A stretch of 64,000 nucleotides of DNA from Vicugna vicugna (Eukaryota). Made by a program: the position numbers and the translations under genes. Positions 26,679 through 41,200 of the stretch are shown piece by piece; positions within the stretch are counted from its first letter, which is position 1, and each line of letters starts with the position of its first letter. Location of the stretch: assembly GCA_013265495.1 (NCBI GenBank), contig MU058824.1, positions 1,054,001 to 1,118,000 of the forward strand, read 5' to 3'. The notes below the pieces were generated by a model, which ran no database searches, was not told the origin of the DNA, and was given only the letters and a program-made list of their open reading frames with translations.

Positions 26679-28236
26679 ACTTGGGAAAATATAAGTGAAA
26701 ATCAGAATTACTTTTAAGTAACTCTTATTGGAGGATTGTGTTTCTTTGCACACTCTGTTTTATTTGTAAAAACAATAGCCCAGGAATATTTCAGCTGTAT
26801 AGAACAGAAGAGAGTAATGAGAGAGTAGAAGGGGAGGAGGGTCAGGGGAAGAAGAGAAAGAAGAAAAGGAAAAGAAAAGGAGGAGGGGAAAAAGAGAGCA
26901 GTGAGCAAGGTCAGGCCACCAAGCCTGCACCTGTTTCAGAGACCGATAAGAATGACAGCTGACCACTCACCTAAATTGCTTTAATTTTGGCTTACTAAAC
27001 CCACCAACAAGAGGTACAGAGGATGTGCACCCACTACTACACATGTTTCCTGGCCCCTGAAACCCCTGCATGTGTCTCATAGAGGTGTTGGCAAGTCTGG
27101 TGGCTCCAGCAGCTCTCCCACAGTGAGGCATGTGCCAGGTAGAGGAGCTCAGAACCATAGCTTCCCACCTTTTACACCATCGTGTGGATGTAGGGGGAAA
27201 GCCATGCCAGTATTAATGGCCCACCCAGTAAGGAGGTCCTTGCCAGCACAATCATGACATACTTGCACCTTTCATGTTTTTACTGCCTCCTGAAGCCAAT
27301 TGAAGGTTTCAGTGCAGCAAGCTTACTACAAAAGGAAGTCTGGAAAGAGTTTGTTTTGCCCATTCAGGCAGCACGTGCTCTATGAAAAAAGGTACTGCCC
27401 TGAGCCAGAGAGAAATGAAGAGAGAAACAGATTCTGCGGGCTCTCAGGGTCTTCCACTCCACCATGAGCTGACAGTGCACACCACCCAGTCACAAACACA
27501 CAAAATGCAGAATCACCCAAGGCAAGCAGGGTAAAATTCCCCAGATGCAGTGCAGAGACTGAACACAAATAGCACCATGGTAAAATCTTCGAAGAGAAAG
27601 AGGGGCAAAATTAACACACTAGCACCGATAATGGGCCTGGAATAAACTATAAGCCCAGGGACCATCGCCTTACAGCGTGACTCCTATTTTAGACAGCTGG
27701 GATGCCCAGTCTGGAGCTGACCAGACCTGCCATGGTACAGAAGCAGATTCCTTCCAGGTGATGCCCATGCGTGCTATATTTTGAGACCCACTGTTTAAAT
27801 TCTACAGCCCAAACCGATTTAGACAGGATCCTAGGAGAATAAGCTTCTGTTTTCTTACCAGCATTGAGTAGAAAAGCCAAGACCATAGGGACAGGCAAGG
27901 ACAGGATTTGCCATCTACATTGCCCATGACCAGAGTCAATGGGGAGAAAAACAAGTATGTTCACAGGACCAATTTAACTCTTGTATGTGTAATTCAAGTT
28001 CTTCCCATGTCTTCATTTACTTTGTGAGATATAAACTTCCAGACCTTTCCCCAAATGAAGCTGTCCAGACTGTGTATGAGTATACCTTTGATTCCTATTT
28101 AGTTAATTTGCATGTTTTATCTGAGTTTATCTTTAGCATGGGAAGGAGATCTAGTTGCCAGAGCAACCAGGAATAGTATTTAACAGGTTAGCCTTTACTT
28201 TACCCATACTTGGTCAGTCTCACTGTGCTCTTGGCT

Positions 28237-28701
28237 TGTTACGGAAACGACAGGCCAGCCAAGAAACAAGCACCACTCGGAGGGTTGGAGTACTCAGATG
28301 TATCACGCCGGCAGGCTCAGAGGGGCTTCTGCTCCGAAGCTCTGAGCACCTCCAAGACGTACGCATGAGGTTTTATGGGGTAAAGTACAAGCTTGGGGTA
28401 TTCGGCCAATAGGCATGGAACAGCTTTAGCAGCATCATTATCACAAAAGTGGAGGCAGGGAGGCAACCAACCAATATTCCAAAGCCAGATATCTCTTTGA
28501 AAATCCAGCTGGCTAGCAAAAAAAAACATGAACAGCAAACCAACACTAATTAACTTAGATTTACAAGTTAGTCCAGCAGAACTCAGATCAGTATTCCGAT
28601 ACTTAGATTTGTGAGTTATCTTGTTAGCCCAGCCCAGCCTCTCCTTCACATTCCTAGACTTGTGAGTTATCTTGTTAGACCAGCCCGGCTTTTCCTTCAC
28701 A
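28237..28701 (-). mobile_element. ERV1-type solo LTR (465 bp) with perfect 4-bp TSD
   Basis: GGCT|TGTTACGG...CCTTCACA|GGCT: TG...CA ends, TSD at 28233-28236 and 28702-28705. CpGs retained; internal 51-bp tandem duplication. Strand is inferred. Confidence 0.85.
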
Positions 28702-30884
28702 GGCTCACCTAACATCTGTGGTCACAATGCAAAACAGTGCAGTTCTGCTGGCTGCTTCTCCCTATTTTGTCTGTCAACTCTCCTAAACCTGTTGATTTTC
28801 TCCTGAATTTACTAACATAATTCATTTTTACTAGCTAACTTGCTTTTACTCCTCCCACTTTGAGTAACACTGCCCACTGAGTAAAGCCCACCACTCAGTT
28901 TACCTAGCTCCAGAGAGGTTAGCTGGCTTATGCAGAGGCCCCAGATAGGATTCATAGTGCAGTTTGGAGGTGGGGTCCTGGCCTAGAAGCAGGAAGCCTG
29001 GTTCTGGCCTCTGCTCTGCTGCAGACATGATGCACAATCTTGGGCAAGCCCCTTCTCTCTGGAGCCCCAGTCTGCAGTTGTACAATGGGCAGGACACAGT
29101 GAACTCTCAGCCTTTCCAGCCTGGGGATCCCAGGGCTCCCTGGTCTTCCTGTTAAGACATGTGGCCAGACCATATAGATTTCCTGGAAGGCAGCGCCCAG
29201 TTTTGCAGTCCTCGGCACCATTGCCCACACACCAAGAGCATACTAGTTCTTAAACTGTGGTCCCAACTACTGATTTCACCACTAGTTGAGGGAGCCTTGA
29301 GAGGACTTCTGTCTAGTTTTCCCATAATCACACAGATTTAGAACTTGTAGCCCCAGGTGGGACTAGGATGCTGGCATCCAAATGGCCAGCCTTTTTAAGG
29401 AATGAGTCACCTCACAGGTCATTTCTAAAACTCCAACAGAAAGGCATGTCACACAGTGATCAGTAAATGTTGGCTGAGTGAATAAACACTTGTTTCCTCT
29501 ACAAACACAAGAGTTCCATAGAATTAACAAGCTCAGGTCTGAACTAGAGAAATCTATTCCTTCTGCAGAACCAAAACCTCAAACTGAAGCTCTGTAATGC
29601 CTGGAGTATACCAAATGATAGTGGTCACTTTGTTGGAATTGTGTTATTTTTAAAAGGTCTGTGTAGAAGCTCTATTGTTGTGACATTCTTCCCTGGCCCT
29701 CAACCCAAATATTTAATAATCCTGTCTATGTGACTGCAGTGGGTAAGTCAGAGATCTGGAGTTAAATCCCACCCCTTCCACTTACAAGCTGAGTGGTTTA
29801 AGCTTCAGTTTCCTCTTGTGTAAAACAGGGTAAATAGTAAATTCCTCATTATGTTGTTGATTAAGAAATCTGCATCTCCAAAATTATTGAGAATAAGCAC
29901 TTGTTTACTGTTAGCTAATTAACAAAGCAACTCTTGGATAGTTCTTCTCGTTTAGTCCTTCTATTCGGTGGGAATTATCATACCTATGGTCATGTACACC
30001 CAGAAGACAGAAGTGAGCCACCCATGCTTTCAAAGCTGGTAAATGGCAGGGCCAGCAGTTGAACCCAGGTCAGAAATACTTCCAAGCCCAGAAGATGGGG
30101 TAGTAAGCGCAGTAGGTTTGGAAGTCCTAGTAGTACCCCCAAGAAGTCAAACAAACTTGGTCCTGGCTGGAACCCTCCTCCTGCAGCATCTGAGGGGAAG
30201 GACAGTGCAGCTCTGGAGTCCCAAAGGGGCAGCTTAGGTAATCAAGAGTATGGAACCGTGCACATAGGAACCCACATACTGTACAGTATTTCCTGTTGAA
30301 TGAAGCCAGCTTTGTAGATATTTTCACCCATTTTAACTTGATGCCAACATTTGCATTTCAGAATCTTTTTCATTCTTCCTGTGAGGACATTAGCACCTGG
30401 GTGGGAAAACAGAGTCTAGACTAGGACAGGTGTGAAGACAGAAGCTATATAACGTGTTTTGTCTCTCCCAGGAATAGATCTCTCCTCATCTACTGTTTTC
30501 CTGGAAGGTGTTCAAGGCACTGTTGAGCCGAGACCCTAGCCTTTCCATCCCTCACTAGTCTCAGGGACTCTTGGGCTCTTTCCCTAACACAGTTGCTCCC
30601 CAAGGACTTAAAAGGCTCAGCCCAAACTGCAGTTATATTGTAATTCATTTTCCCAGTTTCAGTTACTTAGAGCTTTTGTTCAGCATGTGCTGGCTCTGTC
30701 CACTCGGTAGTGGCTAGAATTCTAGCCCATAGTCAAGGGAGCTTAAGAATTCTTTGGGCCAAGGAAGCCTTAACGCAGGTAAAAGTCTTAATTTGTTAAG
30801 TTTTTGAGATTACTATAAATGGCTCATGATCCACTAGGGCTCAAGAAACAACAGTCTACAAGTCCCTATTTAAAAAGAAGGGAC

Positions 30885-31320
30885 CACAAAATGTGATATA
30901 TACATACAATGGAATATTATTCAGCCTTAAAAAGTAAGGAAATTCTAACATATGCTGAAACAGATGAATCTAGAGGACATTATGCTAAGTGGAATAAGGT
31001 CAGTCAGAAAAGGACAAAATATTACATGATTCCACTCATATGAGGTACTGAGAAAGTCAAATTCATAGAGACAGAGAGTAGAACAGTGGTTGCCAGGGGC
31101 TGAGGAGAGCGGGGGGAGGGAACAAAGTTATTATTTAGTAGGTTTAGAGTTTCAGTTTTGCAAGATGAAAAAGAGTTCTGGAGATGGACAGTGGTGATGG
31201 TTGCACAAAAATATAAATGTACTCAGTACCACTGACCTGCATACTTAAAAACTGCCAACATGGTACATTTTATGCTATGTGTATTTTACCACAATTTTTA
31301 AAAATTGGAAAAAAGAAAAG
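30885..31320 (+). mobile_element. L1MB-like 3' end
   Basis: ACAATGGAATATTATTCAGCCTTAAAAAG...GAGTTCTGGAGATGGACAGTGGTGATGG...TATTTTACCACAAT; similar to 11700-12030. Confidence 0.9.
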
Positions 31321-32924
31321 GGAGAAAAAGGAACAGCTTGAACACTAAGACTCTCAGCTATGATATTAGCATTGTATCATCAGAGCCAAAAGAAGCTACA
31401 TAATAGATGTTGTACATTTTTATGCCCAACCCCCAATTTTCCTTCTGCTGAATGAAGCATCTTGCTCTGCCACTGAAAACTAGCATTTTCTTATAAATCA
31501 TTAGCCCAAAAAGTCAGTGACTTTCAGCAGTTAGTCCACTAGAGACCACTGCTAGGCAGAGGAGGCGAACAGCACCATTGTGTTGTGAAGAGAATGCACC
31601 CCTCACAACCAAATACCCCCACGTGGCTTCAGCATCTCCCCCAAAGAAAAACAGACCCCTCCCAACAGATTTCTTTTCCAAATTAAATGTGTAACTTTTA
31701 GCTGTTATTGGTACCATCAGCATTAAATTTGGGGGGCGGAGGGGTGGATTCCATTATAGATACTATCATCTTTATTTTCTTCCAAATGAAATTTAGATTT
31801 CCCCCCTGAATTTTAAAATGAAGATACCTATTTCATGCAATAATCAATTCCCAAGATCAAAGGAAACCAGTTTTTCACCATTTTTCCCAATAATTTGCCA
31901 TTTGTTATGATTTACAAGAGCACACTCACCCATACATTACCCTAGGAAATCATTTTTAAAGATCTTTCATCACTTAACTTTGGTACTTTGGACCTAAAAT
32001 TACTTGTCAGTCAGGATTTAAGAAAAACACTATAAAACTGCTTAACTGTTCTAGGAATTTTTTTTAATAGGCTTACTTTATGAGAAAGATATTTTCAAAA
32101 TTATCTATTTTTTTAGCTAATACACCTCTTCATCATTTTGTAATTCTGCTGGACAACTAGGGCATTTCATGAGTCTCTTTAGAAATTCTGGCTTAGAGTC
32201 CTAGACTCCTAGAGCATGCGTTTTTGAGCTATTCTTGGTATTTCCTAGGGTCTATCAGAAACTGAATGTTTATACCCAGAAAGGCAGCATAAGCTAAGTG
32301 AAATTTCAAAAATTTTTATTTTGGGTTGGAATTATATCAACTCAGTTTAGAAATGCTGGTTATCTCACACTGATTATTAAGGTCTTTAATTTTCAAAATG
32401 AAAACAAAATTTTGTATGATAAATCCAATTCATCAAATGAATTCTTTCAAAATGGGTTCAGTGGCAAGTGATAAATAGATGGAAAGCCAGGTCTACATGC
32501 ACAGAATTAGAACTGAGAGAGAGACGAGGCAAAAATATTATCTGCAGTTTTAGAGACAAAGAACAGAATGAGCAAACATTTCACCCAAGATTTCTGGATG
32601 ATTTCTATGACTATTTCCCTGGGTACCAGCTGCCTTTGAACACAGATCTGCCTGATGGAGTCTTAGGCACACTCCTTGGAAACCACAGAACACCCAAAAC
32701 GACAATCACCAGGACAGAAATACCTAGAAAAAAATAAGCCAGGGCCAAATACAGTATCTTGGATTTGAATGACTACATGGTCATATAAAGAACTGTCAAT
32801 CCAAGAAAAAAGTCTCCACAAGACATGTTTTCTACATATTTACTTGTAAATCTAAAGTCAGGGAGACTGAGGGCCTTAGCACTCATGCATCAGCAATGAG
32901 ACATGGTATAAATGAATTAAAAAG

Positions 32925-32930
32925 TTTATT
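32925..32930 (-). terminator. SEC61B: SEC61B polyadenylation signal AATAAA
   Basis: TTTATT on plus strand, about 175 nt downstream of the stop codon. Confidence 0.75.
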
Positions 32931-33103
32931 AGCCATAGAAAAAAAAATGATTCCTTAAAATACCTCATTAGGTTCCCTGTAAAACAGTGAGCTTACAGAA
33001 AATTTCTTTCTCATGAACAGAAAATCACTATGCTTTTGGTCCAAGATAAGTTGGGTTTTTTTCCTTTCTTCTTCAGATGACAGGCAGATGGATGTAGCCG
33101 AAT

Positions 33104-33235
<132 letters not shown>

Positions 33236-34409
33236 TTATTATATTTGTAATATTAAAGAATGCCTAGAGGAAAGGGAGGGGGGAAAAACCCTAAGATCCA
33301 TCTAAGAATATTATTTACATCATTTAAAAATATTCCCAGAATTATTACTGTGGATATTTTGAAGATGTGGTGACGGCACTGTGGTTATTTAGAAAGGAGG
33401 AATCCTTATCTTTTAATAAAACATACTAAAATATATACAAGTACAATGATCTGGTGTCTTGAAGACAATAGTCTTAATTTCATATATTTGATATCTTCCA
33501 TAGTAAAAAGTAGTAAGAAAAATTTCCCAAACTCTTTAAGTGCAGATGATCCAATTACCAAACTGTTTCAAATTAAGATTTAAAAGCAACTTTCATTGTC
33601 TAACTACAATACTCGAGGCATACAAAGATGAATATCACATAAGTTTTGAAACATTTTCAAATATATGATCCTATGTGATCAAAAAACTCCAGACACAGGC
33701 AAAACAAATATGAATCTCATTTCGTAAGTAAGGAAAACTGAGGCTCAGAGAGATTATTACTTGCCTAAGAACACAGAGCCAGAATGGAAAGGAAGGATTT
33801 GAACTTAGGTTTTCTGATTCCACATGTATTGCTCACTTTATGGCTTCAAGGTTCCCATATTTAAAGAGCAAACATTCTAGGCAACATTAGTTAAAAGTCT
33901 GATTTATAAAGAGATTATCATAGGAAGGAAATAGATTTCACTCATCAGCCCTTCCCTAGTTAAATGCTTTCCAGGTTGAGAGTAAGGAAGAACTCCTTGA
34001 TTTTACACAACATGTGAATACTGACTTCAGTCAAAGGTTACGGGCCTCACCTTTTTGACTCTTCTTGCCAACACCGGTTTTGGAGAATTCAAGATGTCAC
34101 CTCACCTCCCAGATACAACTAAGGGTGGACAATGGAAAAGACCCCAGAAATCTTTATAATTAAGGCAGTGGAGTAACCCAGTGGAGCAGCAGGTAACGGA
34201 GTCAACTGGCGGACAGTCAGCAAATACGCAGAGATCCAAGTCCTTGCTACACTATTTTGTTTTTCTAAAATTTACACAACTACGGGAGTAAACAGATTAA
34301 AAGTACATAGGAAGAGAGCCTCATCATGCTGCACTGGATCGTAACTCCCTTAACTGTAAAGCACCATGAGAGTATCGTCAACCACAGAGCATAAGGCTGA
34401 GTGCAGCTC

Positions 34410-34620
34410 TCAGAGTCCAAGTGCTGGAGTCTGGAAACCAGCTCTGTCCCTCACAACCTGTGACCGCAGCCCCGTGACTCACCTTTTCCAAGCCTCATTT
34501 TCCTCATCAGTAAAGTGGGGATAATCATATCACCTCTTTCATAAGGTTGCTGATCTATTAAATAAATCAACACACACACAGTGCAGGTTTCTAGTAAGCT
34601 CTCAGCAAATGCTATTATTA
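34410..34620 (+). mobile_element. MIR in SEC61B intron 3
   Basis: GCCTCATTTTCCTCATCAGTAAAGTGGGGATAAT core. Confidence 0.8.
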
Positions 34621-36057
34621 TCAACCTGAAAAAAAAATCTAAACTCCCAGGAAGAGCCAATAACAAGCTCCAAGATGGTACCTGACTGCTCCAAGATGTG
34701 AATTTGTGGATATGATTTCCCAACTGTGTCCTTTCACCAAAAACATCTCTCTGATGTGATGAAACTGTCATTCATGACACTTCAAGGAATAGCTACTATC
34801 GATTCGTGGGAGGACTCACAGTAGCAGCAAGCAAGCCTGGCTGCACAGCAGTCCAGAGAAGTCACAAGCCACACTCATCCACAGGAAAACAGTTGTTTCA
34901 CCCACCCAGGATTTAAAATGTTGTCCCCTGGATACTCTGAATAGCAAGGGGCTTCAAAATTTCCCTCTGAAATACTCGGAAAAATTACCTCTAACAGGGA
35001 CCAAAAGGCTGCCAACTCACATATCCCCAACCGCAATAATTACTTCCTAAATACATTCTCACCTTATAAGTCTGCAATATAACAGCAAAAAAAAAAAAAA
35101 AATCATTATATAAAGCCAAAGAATTCTAGGGAAGTCTTCCTAACTTGAAATTTGTGATTTAGGTCAAGCTACTGGTCAAGTTAATTAAACTAATCCAAGT
35201 AAATCTAACTTTGTCTCTTTGCTTCCAGGCAGTATGGAAAAACCATGAGATTTAACAGTTGAGAGTTTCTGGTTCCAGCTCTTGCTCTTGCTAGCGTTTG
35301 TCTCTGACACATAGCTTTGCCTCTCTGAGCCTAAGTTGCTATACTGATGAGAGTTGCTGTCATTATTCCAGTTCATCTACTGGATTATTCAGAAACAGCT
35401 ATAAGCAGTGGTGTCCTGGAGCCTACCTGGTCATAAACCTGTGGGATCCGGTCTGCCACATAGTACCCGGAAGGTGGGAAAGTGAGGTGAGCAAGGCATG
35501 GGGACAGAGACCCCCAAATGCCCATTTCTCATCACCTAATGAGTATTCCCAGGCCTAAGAACTTGGAAAGTGATAGAGGTCTAGTTACCACCCACACAAA
35601 GGCAAGGAGGCCAAAGGACTTTTGGTAACACAGCCTAATGCAGAAGCTCCCATTAGGCTGTAATATCAGCTTGTGCCTCCAGGAGAGCTTTGAAAAATCA
35701 CCCTGCTCCTATTCAAATGGTAGCTCCTATTTCTCAGTGAGGGACAAGAACACTAAATGAAGAGCAATTTCACCTAATTAAGCTGTTTTCCCTCCAGTTC
35801 TCTCTGTTCCCATCATTTATTTTGACAGAGCTACATGAAGATGTTCCCTTGCTTTCACTCAGTCCATGAAGAGATGTCATTCCACGCCATGAACTAACTA
35901 GCTGATGGATGGACAAGCCAAACTTAGACCACCTGGCACAAAGGAAGCTGTTGTGTGTTACAAATCTCATCAAACACCACTGGGGGCAGAGAGAGCGAGT
36001 GCTGCCAAAGGGCCCTGGGATACTGGGCAGAAACACGAGGTCTGCTCCCAAGACTTA

Positions 36058-36177
<120 letters not shown>

Positions 36178-36319
36178 TTACAAATGGCCTTTTCTTGGAA
36201 ACCCTTATAAGAGCATTATAACATATGCTACTACTCCACTGTTAAAGAACCAAAAAAGGGAAAACTTTTTCTTTGTTAAAAAACCCCAAATTCTTGCTTT
36301 TACTTCGCTGACCATGATA

Positions 36320-36500
36320 ACCACCAAGAACTGAGTACCTGCTATACATTGATGCATACAGCAACACAGAGAAGTAGTTAGCAGCTCCTTTTTATAAATG
36401 AGGAAAATGAGGCTCATAAAAGGGTAAGCAAAGTGCTGAAGACCACACAGCAAGCAGATGGCCAAGCTCCACTGTGGACCCAGTTCTGACCTCAGAGCCC
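36320..36500 (-). mobile_element. MIR in SEC61B intron 2
   Basis: TTTTATAAATGAGGAAAATGAGGCTCA core. Confidence 0.7.
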
Positions 36501-37594
36501 ATCCACTTGCCACACACTTGGGCGCTCCATTTGGACGATGCACTTCAGTTTCTCTTCATATGTATTTTTATGAAGTCAAGTAAAAAATTCCTGCTCAAAC
36601 ATACCCTGAATCCATATAATCTGATTTTAAAATGACAACTTTAAAATGTTTTTAAATAACTGTATTTGCTACAAGAGACAAAAAACATAAAGCTGTAATT
36701 GTAATTCAGGGAGAAACCAGAAGTGAATACCCTGTCTCCACCACCTCTGGTCATAATCCCCCCTCACCCTGCCACGGCCTTTACTGCACACTGAATGCAA
36801 GCAGCACTGGTCTAGAGCTCAGGGAGCCTGCCCTGCTGTGTGAAGTGGGGGGATGGAGTCCTGGTTCCAGGATGGGCTCCAGCAGAAAGAGCAGTGCTCA
36901 TGCTAGAACTTTGAAAACAGTTAGTGTCAAGCAACGGTTTACACATACTGTACTAAAAAGATTATATTTCAGATATGTTAGTTATGAGCTACATGGTTGC
37001 CTTCAAACTTCTAACTCCATTTGTACAATTGTTTCTATGGGAAAACTGATTGTAAACATAATTGTACAGGGATTTACACAGTAATTCATACACTTAGAAG
37101 AGATTTCACACAGAGATACACATCTAATTGTGGAGTAGATGCCTGAAATCTTCCTCCTTGATCATAAAAAGGAATTTGAGCTAGATGGTAAACCCTGCAT
37201 GGATGTAAGTTATCAGCTGAGCCAAGACTAGGACCCATGCACTTTCCACTATTTCCACAACCACCCAACTCCAGTTTCTGTCTTCAAGTCTCTAGGAACC
37301 CCCAAGGAATCAGTCTGGCCTCTTTGAAGATTTCTTACAGCACACAGGACATAGCAGAGGATTTGATAATCAGGGCACCTAGAAATACCAAAATATTTCC
37401 CATTCCCCCATTTAGGAAGTTAGGTAGAGGTTAATAGAGCTCATTTTTATCTCTTTAATTTCTATTTGGGGTCTATTTCACCCTTTCTTTCTGGTCACTA
37501 TGTAACTGCCTCCCTAATCCTATTCCCTAAAACAATGGTTTTCATAGCAACCTTTTAATGTACTTGGTTCTAACATGGTAGCATCCTGATTGTT

Positions 37595-37950
37595 CTCGAA
37601 GAAGCCAAGCTCATTCCCACCTTAAAGTCTTTACACTTAACCATTCCTCTTGCCTAGAAAGCCTGTTCCTTCCTTAACCATTCCATGATTTGCTCACTTG
37701 CCTCTTTTTGGCCCCTACCCACATATCACCTACTCTGAACACCCTATCCCCATCCACTCTCTATCTGCCACCCAACTTTATTTTTCTTCTTAGCCTTATT
37801 GCCTGAAATTACAGTATTTATTTATTTGCCTTGTTTATGGTCTCCCACACTGGAATATAAGGTTCCTGAGGTCAAAGCCTGCCCAGTTTGTTCAGATACA
37901 GCCTCATGACTGGAACAGTGCCTGGCATTACTCTGAATCACTATTTGATG
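37595..37950 (+). mobile_element. L2 LINE 3' fragment
   Basis: CCAAGCTCATTCCCACC...GAATATAAGGTTCCTGAGG...GAACAGTGCCTGGCA. Confidence 0.75.
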
Positions 37951-38999
37951 ACTATCTTAATATCCCTAGCTAGTCTACCATTTTACTATCCTTGATTCCC
38001 ATTAATCCTGAACACGGTAGCACTTTACAGCTTACGATACAGTATTGCTCCTTTTCATCCTAGCAACTTCCTTTTATACTGTAGTAATGGAGTGAGGGCT
38101 CCAGCCCCAGCCTGAATTTACATCCCATATAGTTTATTCTCCAAGGTACCACCTGTTACCGCATAGAAAATGCAAATCTGTGCACTACATAATCCACAGC
38201 ATTATTATTAACTACTAGCTTCAGTTTTTTCTTACAGACTGACAAAGCAGGAATATATTCTTAGACAGCCAATACTTACTACACTGTACTCATGAAGTAA
38301 CACTTAAAAGAGTACCAAAATTCTAGAAGGGAACTCTGTAGGTCTCCCAATACATACAACCCTGGCCTGTCTAGTTACACTAGCCCCAATCATAGTGAAT
38401 TCTAAAAGATGACACCCACAACTTGAAAAGCATCTTTCCTCAAACATTTGTTTCTCCATTTCACTTGTGCTGCAGTTATTTCATCTTTATTAAGAAAATA
38501 AGTTGTATTTGATAAATATATGATTTCTCTTTTTATCCTTTAAAAGTTCTCAGATGGCCAAACTTCCCTGCCACAGTACTACCAGTTCTCATTAACTAGA
38601 CTGACTCCCCAAGGAACTGTACCTACAGGACATGTTTTCCAACACAAAGAATCTCTGAAATCCAGGGTGGGAACAAGACAGCACTCCAGGTTCAAATAAC
38701 CTACACCACAGCTTGACACACTTTCCAGCTTGTCCATCCCAGCCTTGCCTTGAACATCTTGATGACAGGGAACTCACAATCGTTCAGGATCATCTTACCA
38801 TTTCTGATGGTTCTATTGGAATTTTTTGTTCCAGGCTGAAATCTGTCTCAAATCATCAGTTTTAGATTTACCTACTGTAGCCAACAAGAAATGTCTCATC
38901 CTTCTTCACATCCTTAAGGACAGTTTTCATGTAGATAAAACCCCACTGGTTCCTTCAAAAAGCCCAAGACTACAAGTGTGGCTTGATTCCTTCCTTCTG

Positions 39000-39640
39000 T
39001 CATTATTTACTGTGTCAGGCTTTATGGTAGGATAGAGATGACAGGCAGTTGCTGTCAGGGTCTAATGAAGCAGATAAATATGGAAACAAATGCTATTCGA
39101 AGGATATGGGCAAGGTGCTTTGGAATAAAAGTGAAGACTAGTACCTATTGCTGCCTTTGGAGTCAGGAAGGCCTCAAAAGGAAATAACTCCTGAACTTAG
39201 TCTTGGAGAATAAAGAGAAATGGAAGGGGGTGGGAGTGTCTGCTGAGTTCAGAAAACAGTAATAAGCTCACTATGGTTAGTTCAAAGGAGAGAGGGAGAA
39301 GAGAGGCAGTTAGACTGGAAAAAAGAACCACCCAAGAGCATTGGTATTCCCCTCCCCACTTTTTTTTTAAGTTCAGCAACAAGAAATGGACATAGAAACT
39401 AAGCAGAAGTGTGACAGAATCAGAGCGTTAGAGTGGAAATGACCTGGAGAGGAGAAAAGTTAAGTAGCAAATGCAAAGATCTAGATGAGCAAAGTTGAAA
39501 GCTAAAATGAGGCAGCAGGAATGGAAAAGGAGAAAACCGGTAAGAAGGTTTTCATGTAAAATTTAAGTGTACTGGACAGAGATGGAGCATTTAAAATAAA
39601 TCCAATGAGGCTGAAGTTCTGGCTTTGGATGAATAAGTTT
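39000..39640 (-). mobile_element. Degraded L2 fragment
   Basis: Purine-rich antisense L2-like words (GAACTTAGTCTTGGAG, GGAATGGAAAGGAG). Confidence 0.5.
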
Positions 39641-40094
39641 ACAGCAGTGCCATATGGACGTAGGAGATACGAGGATATAATTGGGGGCGGGGCGAGAGCT
39701 GGGGTAAAACGAGAGACTAAGGTGCGCAGCAGACAACCCATGTTAGATTTAGTATGTAGAGGACTTAACAGATATAAATATGAGTGTAAATCTTAGGTCT
39801 AGAGACCCCAACTTAATAACATCAATTTTCTCAATGCTGTCTCTGACCTTACTCCAGTTTGTTAACTTTCCTTTTTTAAGAGTGGTGCCCCAAAGTGAGC
39901 AACGCAAGGAAAATGCTGCCTTCCTCTCGATATAAACGACCAAAAACATCTTTTAAGTGCCTTTACAGCCACATCACCCATAGCTCGTTTTGCCCTTGTA
40001 AATCTTAACATCCCGGCGTCTCCTTCTCAGGACCTACGAATTCTTAGGCCCCATCCCTCCGAGTCCACAGTCGAGAGGGTGGTAGGGATTCTTA

Positions 40095-40562
<468 letters not shown>

Positions 40563-40855
40563 CTACAGGTGACTTGGTGAGCAGCTGTATGGGAATTACA
40601 GACCTCTCATATTTTTCCCTTGGATCACAGCGTCCTTCCTAGACTCCAGTCCCTACCAGTGAGAGAATCTAGCCATGGTCAGACGAGAATTTTCTCCGGC
40701 GGTTACTAGGCGCCCACAGATATGCGCTGACGTGGCCTAATCGACGCACGCACCGAGGCGCGCCGTCGGCCCCTAAAGGGCCAGCGGGGAGGCTGAGGGG
40801 AGGAGCATGCGCGGAAGCCCCTGAGGGAACCGGGCGTAGGCCCCGCTTCCGAACC

Positions 40856-41200
40856 ATGGCGGAGCAGGGCCAAGACGAGGACCCCGGTCCTAACCCGTCA
40901 GTGCTGTTCCTGCACCCGGATCTGGGCGTGGGCGGCGCCGAGCGGCTGGTGCTGGACGCGGCACTGGCGCTGCAGGCGCGCGGATGTAGCGTAAAGATCT
41001 GGACGGCGCACTACGACCCTGGCCACTGCTTCTCCGAGAGCCGCGAGCTGCCGGTGCGCTGCGCCGGGGACTGGCTGCCCCGCAGCCTGGGCTGGGGCGG
41101 CCGCGGCGCGGCGGTCTGCGCCTACGTGCGTATGATCTTCCTGGCGCTCTACGTGCTGTTCCTCGCCGACGAGGAGTTCGACGTGGTTGTGTGCGACCAG
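40856..41200 (+). CDS. ALG2: ALG2 alpha-1,3/1,6-mannosyltransferase, coding exon 1 (115 codons)
   Basis: ATG in good Kozak context (ACCATGG) at 40856. Translation contains VLFLHPDLGVGGAERLVLDAALALQ...DVVVCDQ, the ALG2 N-terminus. Donor CAG|GTGAGG at 41200/41201, phase 0. Lies in a CpG island. Confidence 0.97.

Noticed and set aside
28317..28715. 132-aa ORF with repeated GWxNKITHKS peptide
   Set aside because: The repeat reflects the 51-bp duplication inside the solo LTR; no gag/pol/env similarity.
32610..32770. Minus-strand hydrophobic frame (LYLALAYFFLGISVLVIVVLGVLWF) and strong acceptor at 32724, suggesting an alternative SEC61B tail-anchor exon
   Set aside because: No ATG, and the hydrophobic frame is out of phase with the phase-2 exon 3 donor. 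T/G-rich DNA downstream of a polyA site gives hydrophobic codons by chance.
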